Below, piece after piece: positions 1-10,699 of a stretch of 64,000 bases of DNA (position 1 is its first letter; each line of letters starts with the position of its first letter). The notes beneath the pieces are model-generated. The model saw nothing but the letters and a program-made list of their open reading frames with translations, was not told the DNA's origin and did no database searches. Made by a program: the position numbers and the translations under genes. This stretch comes from Lama guanicoe (Eukaryota). The stretch spans positions 434,001-498,000 of the forward strand of contig MU056134.1 in NCBI GenBank assembly GCA_013239625.1. Direction: 5' to 3'.

Positions 1-735
1 CCATTTCCAAGAGTGGTGGGCAGGTAGAGCTGAGATAGATAATTCTTTATATCAGAAGTAGAAACTGAGGCCCAGAGGATTAATTAAATTGTCCGAGGTC
101 CTACAGAAAGTAAGTTGCAGAACCCAGATACCAAATGTCGCCCTCCTCCCCACCCCGTGGTCTGCACACTTGAATCCCAATGTTCTGATAAATAATATAG
201 TCTGTTCCATAAAATAACCACTGATATCACTGTCCTGTAGTTATTCTCACATCCGCCTCCTCTACTGGACTGACAGTCCATTCCTTCCAGGTAATGCCTT
301 GGTCCCAGCTTATTTCCGAGGCTGCAGTTCCTGGCATTTACAGGCTTAAATGCTGCCCTACAATTAATTAAATTTCATAAAATCAGATGGTTGGACCAGG
401 TACTTTCCAAGTTCCCTTTCACCCTATAAGTCTGAGATAATTAAACTAACAGTTTAAAGAGTTCTGGGAACCAGGTGACCTGGGTTCTGGTCCCACCTGT
501 AAGGCTATCTGTGGTGTAACTTTGGGAAAGTCTGCTTCCCATCTCTGGACTTCAGTCTCCACATTCTGAAAGGGAGGCTTGTGGTCTCCAAGGTCCCTCC
601 ATTTTTGCCATGTGTAATAATCTCTACCCGTCTCGAGGTTCAGCCTTACCAGGCTTCACAATGTGCACCTGGCTAGCACCAAGCATTGCCTCCCCATCAC
701 CCCAGCGAAGTTCCACCTAGGGCCGAGGCGCTCAC

Positions 736-916
736 CTTCAGCCAGTCCCCGTAGTGGACGTAGCCCCCGATGTAGGCAGCGTAGGTGCTAATGGCCAGCT
801 GGAGGGCCGCCCCCAGAGCGAACCAGCGCCGCTTCACTCCAAAGGACATGAAGCTAGCGCACAACACGGCCGCCCCCATGTCGAAGTACAGGTAGGGCAC
901 TGGGATGTCGGGCTTC
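736..916 (-). CDS. TMEM101: Transmembrane protein 101, coding exon 2 (remaining exons lie left of the window)
   Basis: CAG acceptor 917-919; KPDIPVPYLYFDMGAAVLCASFMSFGVKRRWFALGAALQLAISTYAAYIGGYVHYGDWLK; GTGAG donor at 735; phase matches exon 1. Confidence 0.96.
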
Positions 917-1179
917 CTGGAGCCAGGAGGGGGAAAGGAATGAGGACAGAATGAAGCGGGGAGAAGAGCCATGAGACCCCTTGAGTTCCCGTAAGCTCCA
1001 CTGCTCCCCCAAACCGAAGCCCCCTCTCATGGCCAGGACCCCCGTACTAGGCTTGATACCCACCTTGCACCAGACCAGAGCCCCTAACAAGTCCGAGGTC
1101 CCACTTCCTCCCAGTACAAGGATCCCAGTTTCTGGGTCCCAACGTCTTGTTCACCTCACCGCACCCCCATTCCTGGGAC

Positions 1180-1500
1180 CGGCCGGACCACCCCCACCGC
1201 ATTCGGCAGCTGCGCTGCCCGCTCACCGACGCGCCTCAGCCCTCTCAGCGTACAGCATGAGCTGGCTGAAGCAGCCCCAGAAGGGACAGCGTGTGAGTAA
1301 CACCGAACCCAACTGCATGATCAGCTGCAGCATCCACCGTCGCGAACCCATCTTCGACGCCATCTTGAGGAAGGGCAATCCGCCGGCCTCACTCCGGCCA
1401 GGGACGCGGGCGCGGAGATGCGACGCGCAACTTCCGGGTCTCGCGGGGTTTTGTGGGTTTCCCTCCCCACTCCTTCCGTTGGGAAACAAAGCTCTCGCTC
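1180..1500 (-). promoter_or_regulatory. TMEM101 CpG-island promoter
   Basis: CpG-dense; YY1-type CAAGATGGC over the ATG; ETS-type ACTTCCGG near 1430; TCTCGCG near 1439. Confidence 0.75.
1227..1363 (-). CDS. TMEM101: Transmembrane protein 101, coding exon 1
   Basis: ATG at 1363 gives MASKMGSRRWMLQLIMQLGSVLLTRCPFWGCFSQLMLYAERAEAR; GTGAGC donor at 1226; 137 nt. Confidence 0.96.
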
Positions 1501-1660
1501 TCTAGTTCTGAGCTGTAGGAAGTGTTCTAGCTCCGGGATTCAACCCTTCCTTCAGCCCATGGAGACTTAAGGGTTCCCCTTGTAGCTGCAAAATTAAACA
1601 CTAGAGTAGATTAAGGAACAGTAAGCGAACTAGTTTTTGAATGCCGCTAAACCTGGCCTC

Positions 1661-1996
1661 TGCAGGGAAAGTGGAGTTACTCCCATTCCCTGGCGGACAT
1701 CGGGTTCCCAGTGGCTCAGCTATATTATCCAGCATGCGCAGTACCCATGTATCGCTATATAAGCCTGACGCGCTGTGCAAGCTCAAAGGTTAGGCCATAG
1801 GTCATAGTTGGATAGATGCCGGCTATGTTAGCCTTGATATAAAAGGCAGAGGGGCCTTGCTGCCGCCGCTGCAACTGAAGCCTGTGTATTCCACCTAGCA
1901 ATAAAGGCGTGTCAGAGATACCTAGGGCTCCGCAAGTGTTCTTACGTCTGCCCGAATTCCAAGTGAATCTGCCAGGCCTTGAGCCCTTGCAGTACA
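1661..1996 (+). repeat. 5' LTR (336 bp)
   Basis: TGCAGGG...AGTACA; TATAAAA 1838-1844; AATAAA 1900-1905; aligns to 7433-7778. Confidence 0.93.
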
Positions 1997-1998
1997 AT

Positions 1999-2016
1999 CG
2001 GTGTAGTTGGCAGGAT
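1999..2016 (+). other. Primer-binding site, tRNA-Ser
   Basis: CGGTGTAGTTGGCAGGAT versus the tRNA-Ser 3' complement TGGCGTAGTCGGCAGGAT: 15/18 match, two mismatches are CpG>TpG. Confidence 0.85.
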
Positions 2017-2032
2017 TGGCCGTGGACTGGTA

Positions 2033-3425
2033 TGGAACCCTCTGCACCCCCAGTGGGGTGGACTTGAGGGGTGGCCCTCGACGATTACGTGGTACTCGGT
2101 GGCGAGCCTTCTTTCTGCTTGGGCACCACCCCAGGACAGGCCCGAGGTGAATGGGTCCCCTGCCCAAGTGGGAAAGGCCCTGCAGAAGGTGGAGGAGTCC
2201 CTAGAAAAGCAGAATGCCCACAGGGCTGCCAGGACCGTGGGGTGGGTGTTCCTCACAGCCCTGTGGGTTGAAACCAAAACCTCGCTGTGAGAGGCAGCGA
2301 AGGTTTGGGAGTTACAGGGAAAGGAAGAGGCTTTGGAATCCCGCATCTGTGCCCTAGAGGAAGATTTACAGACCCTGGAGAACTAACTGTTGCCCCCGTT
2401 GGTAGTGGTAAACTTCTCTGAATAAGGAGAGCCACGACTGCGAGCCTGACCAGTAACACAGCAGCAGCAGCAGCCGCAGCAGCCGCAGCCGCAGCAGCCG
2501 CAGCAGCAGCAGCCGCAGCAGCAGCAGCAGCAGCCAATGGCCCCAGGAGAACAGATTGCTGGCCCACTGCAGATGACTGAGTTTACAAGGTACCACCCAT
2601 GTACTCAGGCAGAACTGGTGGAGTTGGGCAAACAATTTCGCCAAAAGCCTGGGGAGCCATTGGCAGCCTGGATATTACTCGTGTGAGACTTAGGGGTGGA
2701 AGGGATTATCTGTACTCCCCACGAAATGGAAAAATTAGTCTCAATGACCCTGCATCCGTCCTCAAGGCAAAGGCTACAGAATAGCCAGTGCAACAGCCAG
2801 AGTAACCATTCCTTGTTGGATTGGGTAATGGCCGCAGTGCACATGGTGTGGGCCAATGTGGAGGACGTGCCCGAGACTGTAAGTAAATGGCAGTCCTATG
2901 CGGAACTGGTGCAAGTGCTCTGAGAGTTAGGGGTGCGACAGGCTGTGTTCAATGTAAAAACATATGGCCCTGATGAGGAGGGGTTTACAGCAGAATGAGG
3001 GATTTGGTGTTGCAAAACACCCCCTCAACATCTCTCAGGTCCCTTAGGATTAATGAAGTCACCATGGTGGTGGCAAGTTTGGGGAAGGCAGAAAGCCATC
3101 GTCAGCAAAAGGGCATACGGGCCATCACCTGACAACTGGGGAAGTTAGCTAAGAAGACTGGGAAACCCATCAAGGCCACATGCACTCAGATGTGGGTAGA
3201 CCTTGCAGAGGCTGGTGTAGATCAAACTTAGAGAAAAAACCTAATACTTATTTACTAGAGTTATGATAACAGTTCGGGGAGGATCAGAGGCTCACCCCCA
3301 TGAAAAGGAACACCCCTGTGAAGAGCAACAAGGAGTCCCAGTGGACCCGAGTAGTACCTCTTGAGGACCATGTGCTACCCCAGGAGGTACCCAGGGGAGG
3401 GGATACTTTATTTACATTTAAATAG
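2033..3425 (+). pseudogene. ERV gag remnant (class III type); boundaries approximate
   Basis: GWPSTITWYSVASLLSAWAP...GWVFLTAL; ELVELGKQFRQKPGEPLAAW; EMEKLVSMTLHPSSRQRLQ; SLLDWVMAAVHMVW; multiple stops. Confidence 0.8.
2459..2533 (+). repeat. Interrupted (CAG/CCG)25 trinucleotide repeat within ERV gag
   Basis: 20 CAG + 5 CCG triplets; reads Q5PQ2PQPQ2PQ4PQ6 in the gag frame. Confidence 0.95.
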
Positions 3426-6260
3426 GATGAAGGCCAAGGAACCCTTCTACAGGGGGTGGGCAGGGACCAGAGGCCCCATGTGGAGCTTGCTATCTGCTGG
3501 TCCCTGACCAATGTACAGCAGGTATTGGCCTTGATGGACACAGGGGCTGAATGCCAAAAACTCACTCATGGCAACCCGGATAAATTTTAAAGCCCGGTGT
3601 CATGCATAGATGGCTATGGGGGGAGAAGTATCCGGGAAAGCTATACAACTACCCCTTGGGATAGTGCAGTTGCCCCCTAGGAACTATAAAGCTCATGTTT
3701 CCCCAGTACCAGAATATATACTGGGCAGAGACGTGCTCCAAGGCCCATGGCTACAGACAACCACTGGTGAGTTCCGCCTGCGAGTATGGGTGGTGAAGAT
3801 GGTAGAACGGGGATGCACAAAACACCCTCCAGTGCAGCTCCCTGTTCCCCAGCGGGTCACCAGTACCAAACAATACAGACTGCCAGCAGGTCATGATGAA
3901 ATTACTGGCACCACTGCAGAATTGGAAAAGGTGGGTATTTTATGGCTGGCCCATAGTCCGTTAATTCTCCTGTATGGCTGGTGCTTAAACCCAGTGATTC
4001 TTGGAGAATGACTCTGGACTGCCCAAAGTTAAATGCCACAGTGCCCTCGGTGGCCGAATTGATGGATCAACTAAGCCATAAGCTGGGCATTTACCATTTC
4101 TTGGCCAATCTGGCTAATGCTTTTTCTTCTATTGACATCACCCCTGAGAGTCAAGATCAGTTTGCCTTCACCTGGGAAGGGTGACAATGGGCATTTAGGG
4201 TCCTACCTCGGGGATGTTTACATAGCCCTACATTGTATCATGGTTGGTAGCCTCCGACCTAGCTGGATGGGAATGGCCACCTACAGTGTCCATGTACCAT
4301 TACATTGATGATGTTCTTTTAACTAGTGATTCTCTTGCAGACTTGGAGAAGGCTGTGCCCCTTCTGTTGTCACACATGAAAACGTGGCTGAGCGCTAAAC
4401 AAAAACAAATTGCAAGGGCCTGGATTGTCTGTCAAGTTCCTGGGGGTTGTGTGGTCGGGTAAGACTAGAGTTATTCCTGATGCGGTTACTGATAAGATAT
4501 AGGTCTGTCCTACCCCAACTACAGTGAAGCAGTTACAGACCTTTCTGGGTTTGTTGCGGTACTGGAGAGCTTTTGTCCCCTACTTAGCCCAGTTGATACG
4601 GCCTTTGTATGCCCTGGTACACAAGGGAGCCACATGGGATTGGACCCCAGATGCAGGACGGGCCTTTCCTGATGCCAAGAGAACAATTAAGGTGGCTCAA
4701 GCCTTACATGTTTTTGATCCCACCCGGCCCTGTGAATTGGACATGATGTCACTCCTGCAGGATTTGGTTGGGGTCTGTGGCAGCATTCAGAGCATTTGCA
4801 ACAGTCCATAGGGTTTTGGTCCCAACTACAGAAGGGAACAGAAAGCCGGTTTTCTCTCATGGAGAAACAGTTGGCTGCCATATACGCGGCATTACTGGTG
4901 ACTGAGAGTATAACTGGCTTGACGCCAGTGACGGTACAGACCACCCCCCCATAGTGGGTTGGGTAAGAGAGGACCTTGAGGCTCCGAGGTAGGGCAACGC
5001 AAACACCTACACTGGCAAAATGGTGGTGGGGGCAAACTTACAGCAGCAGAGTGTGTTCTCCACTAGCCCTTTACGCGCGGAGCTCCAGGAGGTCCTGGAA
5101 CTGGTGACTTACGTGGATAGTATATCCTCCGCCAAGCCCCCTTTGGAGACAGAACCAGGGGTTAGTTCCTACCAAGAAGGTAGGGACCCCGTGCCAGCAG
5201 ATGCATGATATACAGATAGTTGAAGGCAAGGGCAGCCTCCGACTTGGACAACGGTTGACTTCCAGCCTGCGTCTGATACTATTTGGTATGATACCGGGAC
5301 TGGCCAGAGTAGCCAGTGGCCAGAACTATGTGCAGTATGGTTGGTTGTAGCCAATGAACCATCACCCATTGCTGCCTGTACTGACAGTTGGGCAGTCTAT
5401 AGAGGACTGACTCTATGGATCTCTACCTGGCATTTCAATAAATGGGACATGCATAGGCCCTTGTGGGGCCAGGCCTTGTGGCAGGACCTATGGGAGTTGG
5501 GACCAGAAGCAGGTGACTGTGTTCCACGTGACTGGACATGCACATTTGGCCTCACTGGGGATTATGAGGCTGATACCGTGGCAAAGTTCAATGACTAGAA
5601 ACTGCCCCGCGAGATAAGGCTCCCGACAGCCATGTGGCGCAATGGCTGCACTGACACCTGCTACACACAGGGCAAAAGACAATGTAGGCAGCTGTGCATG
5701 CCTCAGTCCTACCAGTGACCTTGGCAGAGGTACAGAGTGCCAAACTCGCTGGCAAGTGGACGTTATTGGCCCGCTGCCTGCCCCACTCTTAAGGCTACTG
5801 TTATGCCATCACTTGTGTAGGTACTGCCACAGGCCTGTGAGTGGCCTATCTGGCTCAACACCCAGATCAGAGGGCTGTGTTGCATGTGCTAGCACGCCTC
5901 TGCGCAGCGTATGGACGCCCTCTGGTGAATGAAAGTGACCAGGGAACTCATTTTACTGGAGCCCAAGTGCAAAGATGAGCGTGGGACATGAACATTGAAT
6001 AGAAGTTTCACGTCCCTTATAACCCAAAGGCCACAGGTATTATAAAGCAGAACAACAGCCCATTGAAGCAAGGACTGCAGACCACTGCGATAATGCCAAC
6101 TTTGGCAGGATGAACCAGAAGGTTATGGGATGTCCTGTGAGCACTTAATGAACGCAGCCAACAAGGTGGCCTAGCCCCAGTAGAAGCATTGTCCGTCGCG
6201 CCACTGCACCTATCCAGGTCCAAGTCCAGATGAAGGATATTTTGCTAAAACCTGGATTCA
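3426..6260 (+). pseudogene. ERV pro-pol remnant (protease, RT, RNase H, integrase)
   Basis: DQRPHVEL..ALMDTGAEC (~3531); ILGRDVL; QYRLP; WRMTLD; LANAF; QFAFTWEG; YIDD 4301-4312; LQTFLGLL.YWRAFVP; TDSWAVYRGL; WQVDVIGPLP (~5750); SDQGTHFTG (~5934); PYNPKATGIIK. Confidence 0.92.
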
Positions 6261-6269
6261 GACAACAGG

Positions 6270-7400
6270 GTTTGTTGGGACTAACACCCTAGCTGATTGG
6301 GCGCACACTTACGTGACAATTGCTAACCAGTCGGCTTGCTGGATCTGTACTGAATTACCTGTTAGCGCCTCAAATGGGCTCCCATGGAAAAGTAAATCAG
6401 CCACTGAGGCTAATTGGACTTGGTTAAGGTTGTGAAATGACACTAACCCACAGTGGAACTTAACCAAAAAGAAAGGTATTAGCTGGGGTAAGAGAGCGTG
6501 TAAATGCTCTTAGCTCTAGATGGGATATTCAATATGGGATGGTCTCGGCAGGTTGACAGTGGATTGCACAGTGGATGTTGCACCCATCCCCCTCTGCACT
6601 GAATTTGGACAGAAGGGCCCATGTTGAATGGACCCCGCCTGGCCTATGCATTAATGTTACCCAAATGACGCAGAAGGAGAAATGGGGAAAGAGGAATGGC
6701 AGCTTGGCCTGGCCTGTCCCTTACAGGAGCCTTTGGGTCTGTGGGCAGAATGGCAGCCATATCTTCTCCACAGTTGGACTGGACGATGTACATGGGGGTG
6801 GCCACTTCTCCCTGCGCAGGTAATGCCTACCTTACAAACCTGCCCAAGTAATTGAAGAGTATTTAAGGCACGCCACGGAGTATAGTGTACCCTTGGTGGT
6901 ATTATCCCTTAGCCCCTTTTTCCCCCAAGGGGCCACCATAGTGACAAAAGCAGAGGTCACTGCTTTAGCAGTGCACGTGGCCAGGGCATTCATTGAGACC
7001 CATAAAGCCCTGGGCCTCCTTAATGATGAGGTATAGCAACTACGAAAGCTAGCTTTACAAAATCCTATGGCACTTGGTATTTTTGACAGCCTCAAAGGGC
7101 AGTGTGTGAGCTCTTATAGGGTCAGATTGCTGTGTTTATGTTCCAGATGCTCACCATATCAGCCAGGCTCTAATGGCCTTGGGAAAAGAGACAACAGCTG
7201 TTGAACACCTGACTGGAGACCCCCTACAAGAATGATGGGGATCACTGACCTCCAAGTGGCGCTTGGTAGCAGCCATTCTGGGAGGATCTGCTTGTGTATT
7301 AGAGACCTGCTGTTGCAGTCTCTATTGTTGCTGTGGATCATGGATGCAAGGGTCCATCCTTCTCGCCAAGGGACCTTCGCGGAAGACAACTAATGCGTAG
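6270..7400 (+). pseudogene. ERV env remnant, gamma-type (N-terminus apparently deleted)
   Basis: SU CWIC motif 6337-6348 followed by GLPW; LWVCG and WTGRCTWG; TM ISD-like LQNPMALGI from 7055; CX6CC as *ALIGSDCC 7107-7133 (first Cys mutated to TGA). Confidence 0.88.
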
Positions 7401-7432
7401 ATTGTGCGGCGAGTGACCCTCAAGGGATGGAA

Positions 7433-7778
7433 TGTAGGGGAAATGGAGTTACTCAGGCTCCCTTGCTGGACATCCAGTGCCCAGTGGCCCAGCTATGTTA
7501 TCCCACATGCACAGTACCCATGTATCATTATATAAGCATGACTTGTGCTACACAAGCGCAAAGGTTAGCCCATAGGTCATAGTTGGATAGATGCTGGCTT
7601 TGTTAGCCTTGATGTATATATAAGGTGGAGGGGACTTGCTGCCGCCACCACCACCATTAAAGCCTGCATATTCCTCCCTGCAATAAAGGCATGTCAGAGA
7701 TACCTACAGCTCCGTGAGTGTTCTTCCGTCTGCCTGAATCCCGAGTGAATCTGCCAGGCCTTGAGTGCTTACAGTACA
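7433..7778 (+). repeat. 3' LTR (346 bp)
   Basis: TGTAGGGG...AGTACA preceded by purine tract AAGGGATGGAA; followed by TSD GCCTC; roughly 80-85% identical to the 5' LTR by eye. Confidence 0.93.
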
Positions 7779-7783
7779 GCCTC

Positions 7784-7930
7784 CAACCCTAACTGTGACT
7801 TTGGGCATGTCGCCTACACTTTCCAAGATTCATCTGGGAAATGGAGGTGACATCTACCTCACAAGGTTGTTGTGAGGTTGAAATGTGACGTTGGTCCTAG
7901 AACATAGTAGGGGTTTAATAAATGGTGTAC
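7784..7930 (+). mobile_element. MIR SINE fragment flanking the provirus
   Basis: CTGTGACTTTGGGCA...CATCTGGGAAATGG...CTACCTCACAAGGTTGTTGTGAGG...AATAAATG resembles the MIR core and tail. Confidence 0.7.
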
Positions 7931-9499
7931 ACAACACACACACACCTCAGAGGAAATCCCTCTGCTTCTATTTAAGTTCAAAGTAAGGGGTTCTCCTAAG
8001 AGCCACTCTAGAGAAGTTTGGTCTTGGCCTGCCTTTCTTCTGTCCCCTGAGAGACATGGACATAGGGGACCTCTCAAACAGTTCATTTTCTCCAATGCTC
8101 CCACTCTGCAGCAGGCTTACAACTGGTCTCCCCCACTTCTTTGGCCTCTTTTGTTCTCAACTCCTCTATTCTGAGTTTACCTGCTACCTAGGCTTCTGGC
8201 AAAAATCATCTCAACCTGAGACCCAAGCATCCTGATCCCATCGCCACCCCTCATTCCATTATTTCTAATAGGGATGAAAGGCAATCAGGGAAGATGGCCT
8301 TTTTAATCCTTTAGACCATCTTGACTCCCACTCCACCTCACTTATTTCCCACATGGTCTCAGGAGCAACTTCGTCTGCTCCTGCAAGGACAGAGCTTCAG
8401 CTAGATCCTGGCCAATGAGGTGAGGGCCTCAGGTGGAACACCTATGCACCCATGTGTATTCCTGCACTATGTGCTGAGTGCAGCCTCAGCCCAGGAATGG
8501 CAAGAGGAATCTCAGCTCTAGCTACCTGCCCTGCTGGCCTCCTGCTAGAGCCTCACCCCACAAAAGCAATGGCAATCAGCTCTCAGGAAGCCAAAGCCCT
8601 GAGCATGGGGATGGGGGACAGGTTGAGGAAATCTCCAAGGCCTTTTGGCCTTATATCCAGGGGAGCAGGACCCCGCCCTGCTTTTTCTAAGAACAGGTAT
8701 TCCTCCCCTCCACCTCCTCCTACCTTCTGGAGCCCCAGGTCCTGCTCTTTCTCTTGTCAGGATGGCAGCTTGAGGCCCCTTGGAGCCCTACCTCAAGTCA
8801 GGAAACAGACAGGTGTCTCCTCTCTGATTCCTACTTCCTAAAGCGTCTAGGCACAAAGGAAGGGAATGTTCTTTCTTGTTCTCGTTAGGCCTGAGGCTCA
8901 AACACTCCCCTCTGGCCTTCAAGGAGTGCCCAGCATCTCCTGGAAGAGGGGCGTGGGGCCAGCGTGTTTGTACCCAGTGCTTCTGCCTTGCCCAAGGAGG
9001 CCAAACTAGTTAGTTTCTCTCTAGGTTCCCAAGTGTGCTCACAAGCTCCACCCAGCAAACTCTTAAGAGAATAATGGCCACATAGAAGAGTTGGTTACCA
9101 AGGGCCAGGGCATCTCATTAAAGGCTTCATTATAATCCTCAACTGAGACACTCATCTCACAGATTAGGGAACTGATGCTTGGTAAGGCCAGGGAAGTTGC
9201 CAAGTCATACTGCTAATTACTGGCAGAGGTAAAATCTGACACAACTCAGGCCTTTCTGAATCCAGTTGTGCTCCTAACTACTAAGCTCCTGTGCCCCAAA
9301 GACTGGGCCACTGTCCCCCATGTCAGCCAAACACCCATCTAAGAAGTCAAGGTCACATGTAAGTAACACAGATGAGGCCCAGAATGGGAAGAGCAGCTGA
9401 GCCACCACCAACCTGAGGTATTGGTCTGAGCCTGTGGTTGATCACAGACTTGAGCCACTTTGAATTAATTCAAGTGATCTGGTTCAAGCAAATTATACT

Positions 9500-10200
9500 A
9501 GAAAAACATGAGGAATCATTGTCAATAATCTTTGAGAAACCATTATAAACAGAAGGTTACCAAAGATTTGAACACAGTACAAGTTCCAATTTTCAAGTCA
9601 GATAAGTAAGTGTTAAGAACAGTTAACAAAGTGCAAAAAGGGCTCATTGAATATGTAGTCTCTCACCAGTGACCTAAAACATGATGGCCACTAGGTGCCC
9701 ACACAAGTTCACTAAAAATAAGTTATATCCAAACTTTATTTCCTTTAATACTTATTAGATGGCTATCACAGACAAACATCTGGATCTTATTTAAGTCTTT
9801 CATGATGTCCCTTTGGGTAAGATGAAAGCATAAAGACAGTACACAAAATTGGGATGGATAACTAGTATATTGGATTATAGCACCAAGAGTTTTTAAAAGC
9901 TCTTAAGAGTTTGGCTAAAAATAAGCCATGTCACTGGAGAAGACAAGATAGCTCCCAGTCATCATCTACCTGTTTAGCAACTTCGGGGCCCCTCACTTAA
10001 GGGCATGAAGAGCAAGGACTAGGATGCAGGAGACCCGAGCTCTAGCCTGTTCTGCTGCTCGGAGGACAGTTATCACATGTTGCTTCTCAAAGTAATGAGC
10101 TCCCCATCAGTGAAAGTGTCCAAGTAGGGGCAGAATGTTGAAGATGCTGTAAGAGAGGCTATTTAAACTGGGAGGCTGGACTATTCCATATAAGCTTCAA
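9500..10200 (+). mobile_element. Degraded CR1/L3 LINE fragments
   Basis: CR1 ORF2-like SIIFEK...VPIFK and FTKNK...FISF remnants; L3-type 3' end GTAATGAGCTCCCCATCA...GTGTCCAAG. Confidence 0.55.
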
Positions 10201-10699
10201 GATCACTGGCATTTCTAAGTACTAGATACCTGTGCTGAGCTAGAGACTGCAACTGGCCCACTCCTGGAACTAGAAGCATCTGTTAGCACACTGTTCACAC
10301 ACTGACTTCTGGAGTTACCTGGCTGCATAGCCTTCCCATAGCCAGTGCACGCGGATGACAGCAAGTCACTTTCACACTCATCTGAACAAGAACTTCCGTA
10401 TTTGATGCGAGCATGCATCTGGAGGCGTCAAGGGTCCACTGCTATCATCACTCCCCCTTACAAACTCTGAGCCGAGCTCCCTTCTCACTCCACAGCGCAG
10501 ACCTGATAAACCTCCCATCCCACTTGTACCCGACTATCCACCTTCTGTGTCTATACTTAGGTCACTCAGTACGACTAACAGTCATACAGTGGACACCTAG
10601 TTACACCCTAACGCACAAGCAAACACCTCTAAAGGGCACTCAGTAATCTTACAATAGTTCCCTCGCATGTTTACTGAGCCACCAGCCATGTCCTCCCTC

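Larger units (their letters stand above)
1661..7778 (+). mobile_element. Full-length decayed endogenous retrovirus, class III / ERV-S-like, with env
   Basis: Two similar LTRs bounded by TG..CA; 5-bp TSD GCCTC (1656-1660, 7779-7783); tRNA-Ser PBS; purine tract before the 3' LTR; gag, protease (LMDTGAE), RT (YIDD), RNase H, integrase and env remnants with many stops and frameshifts. Confidence 0.95.

Noticed and set aside
981-1505. 174-aa plus-strand ORF across TMEM101 exon 1
   Set aside because: Antisense shadow in a CpG island with a non-ATG start and no recognisable homology.
2253-2644. Poly-Ala and poly-Leu/Arg ORFs on the minus strand
   Set aside because: Alternative-frame translations of the CAG/CCG repeat; non-ATG or unsupported starts.
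6270-7400. Domesticated syncytin-like env
   Set aside because: Multiple stops and frameshifts, a mutated CX6CC cysteine and no signal peptide; not an intact gene.
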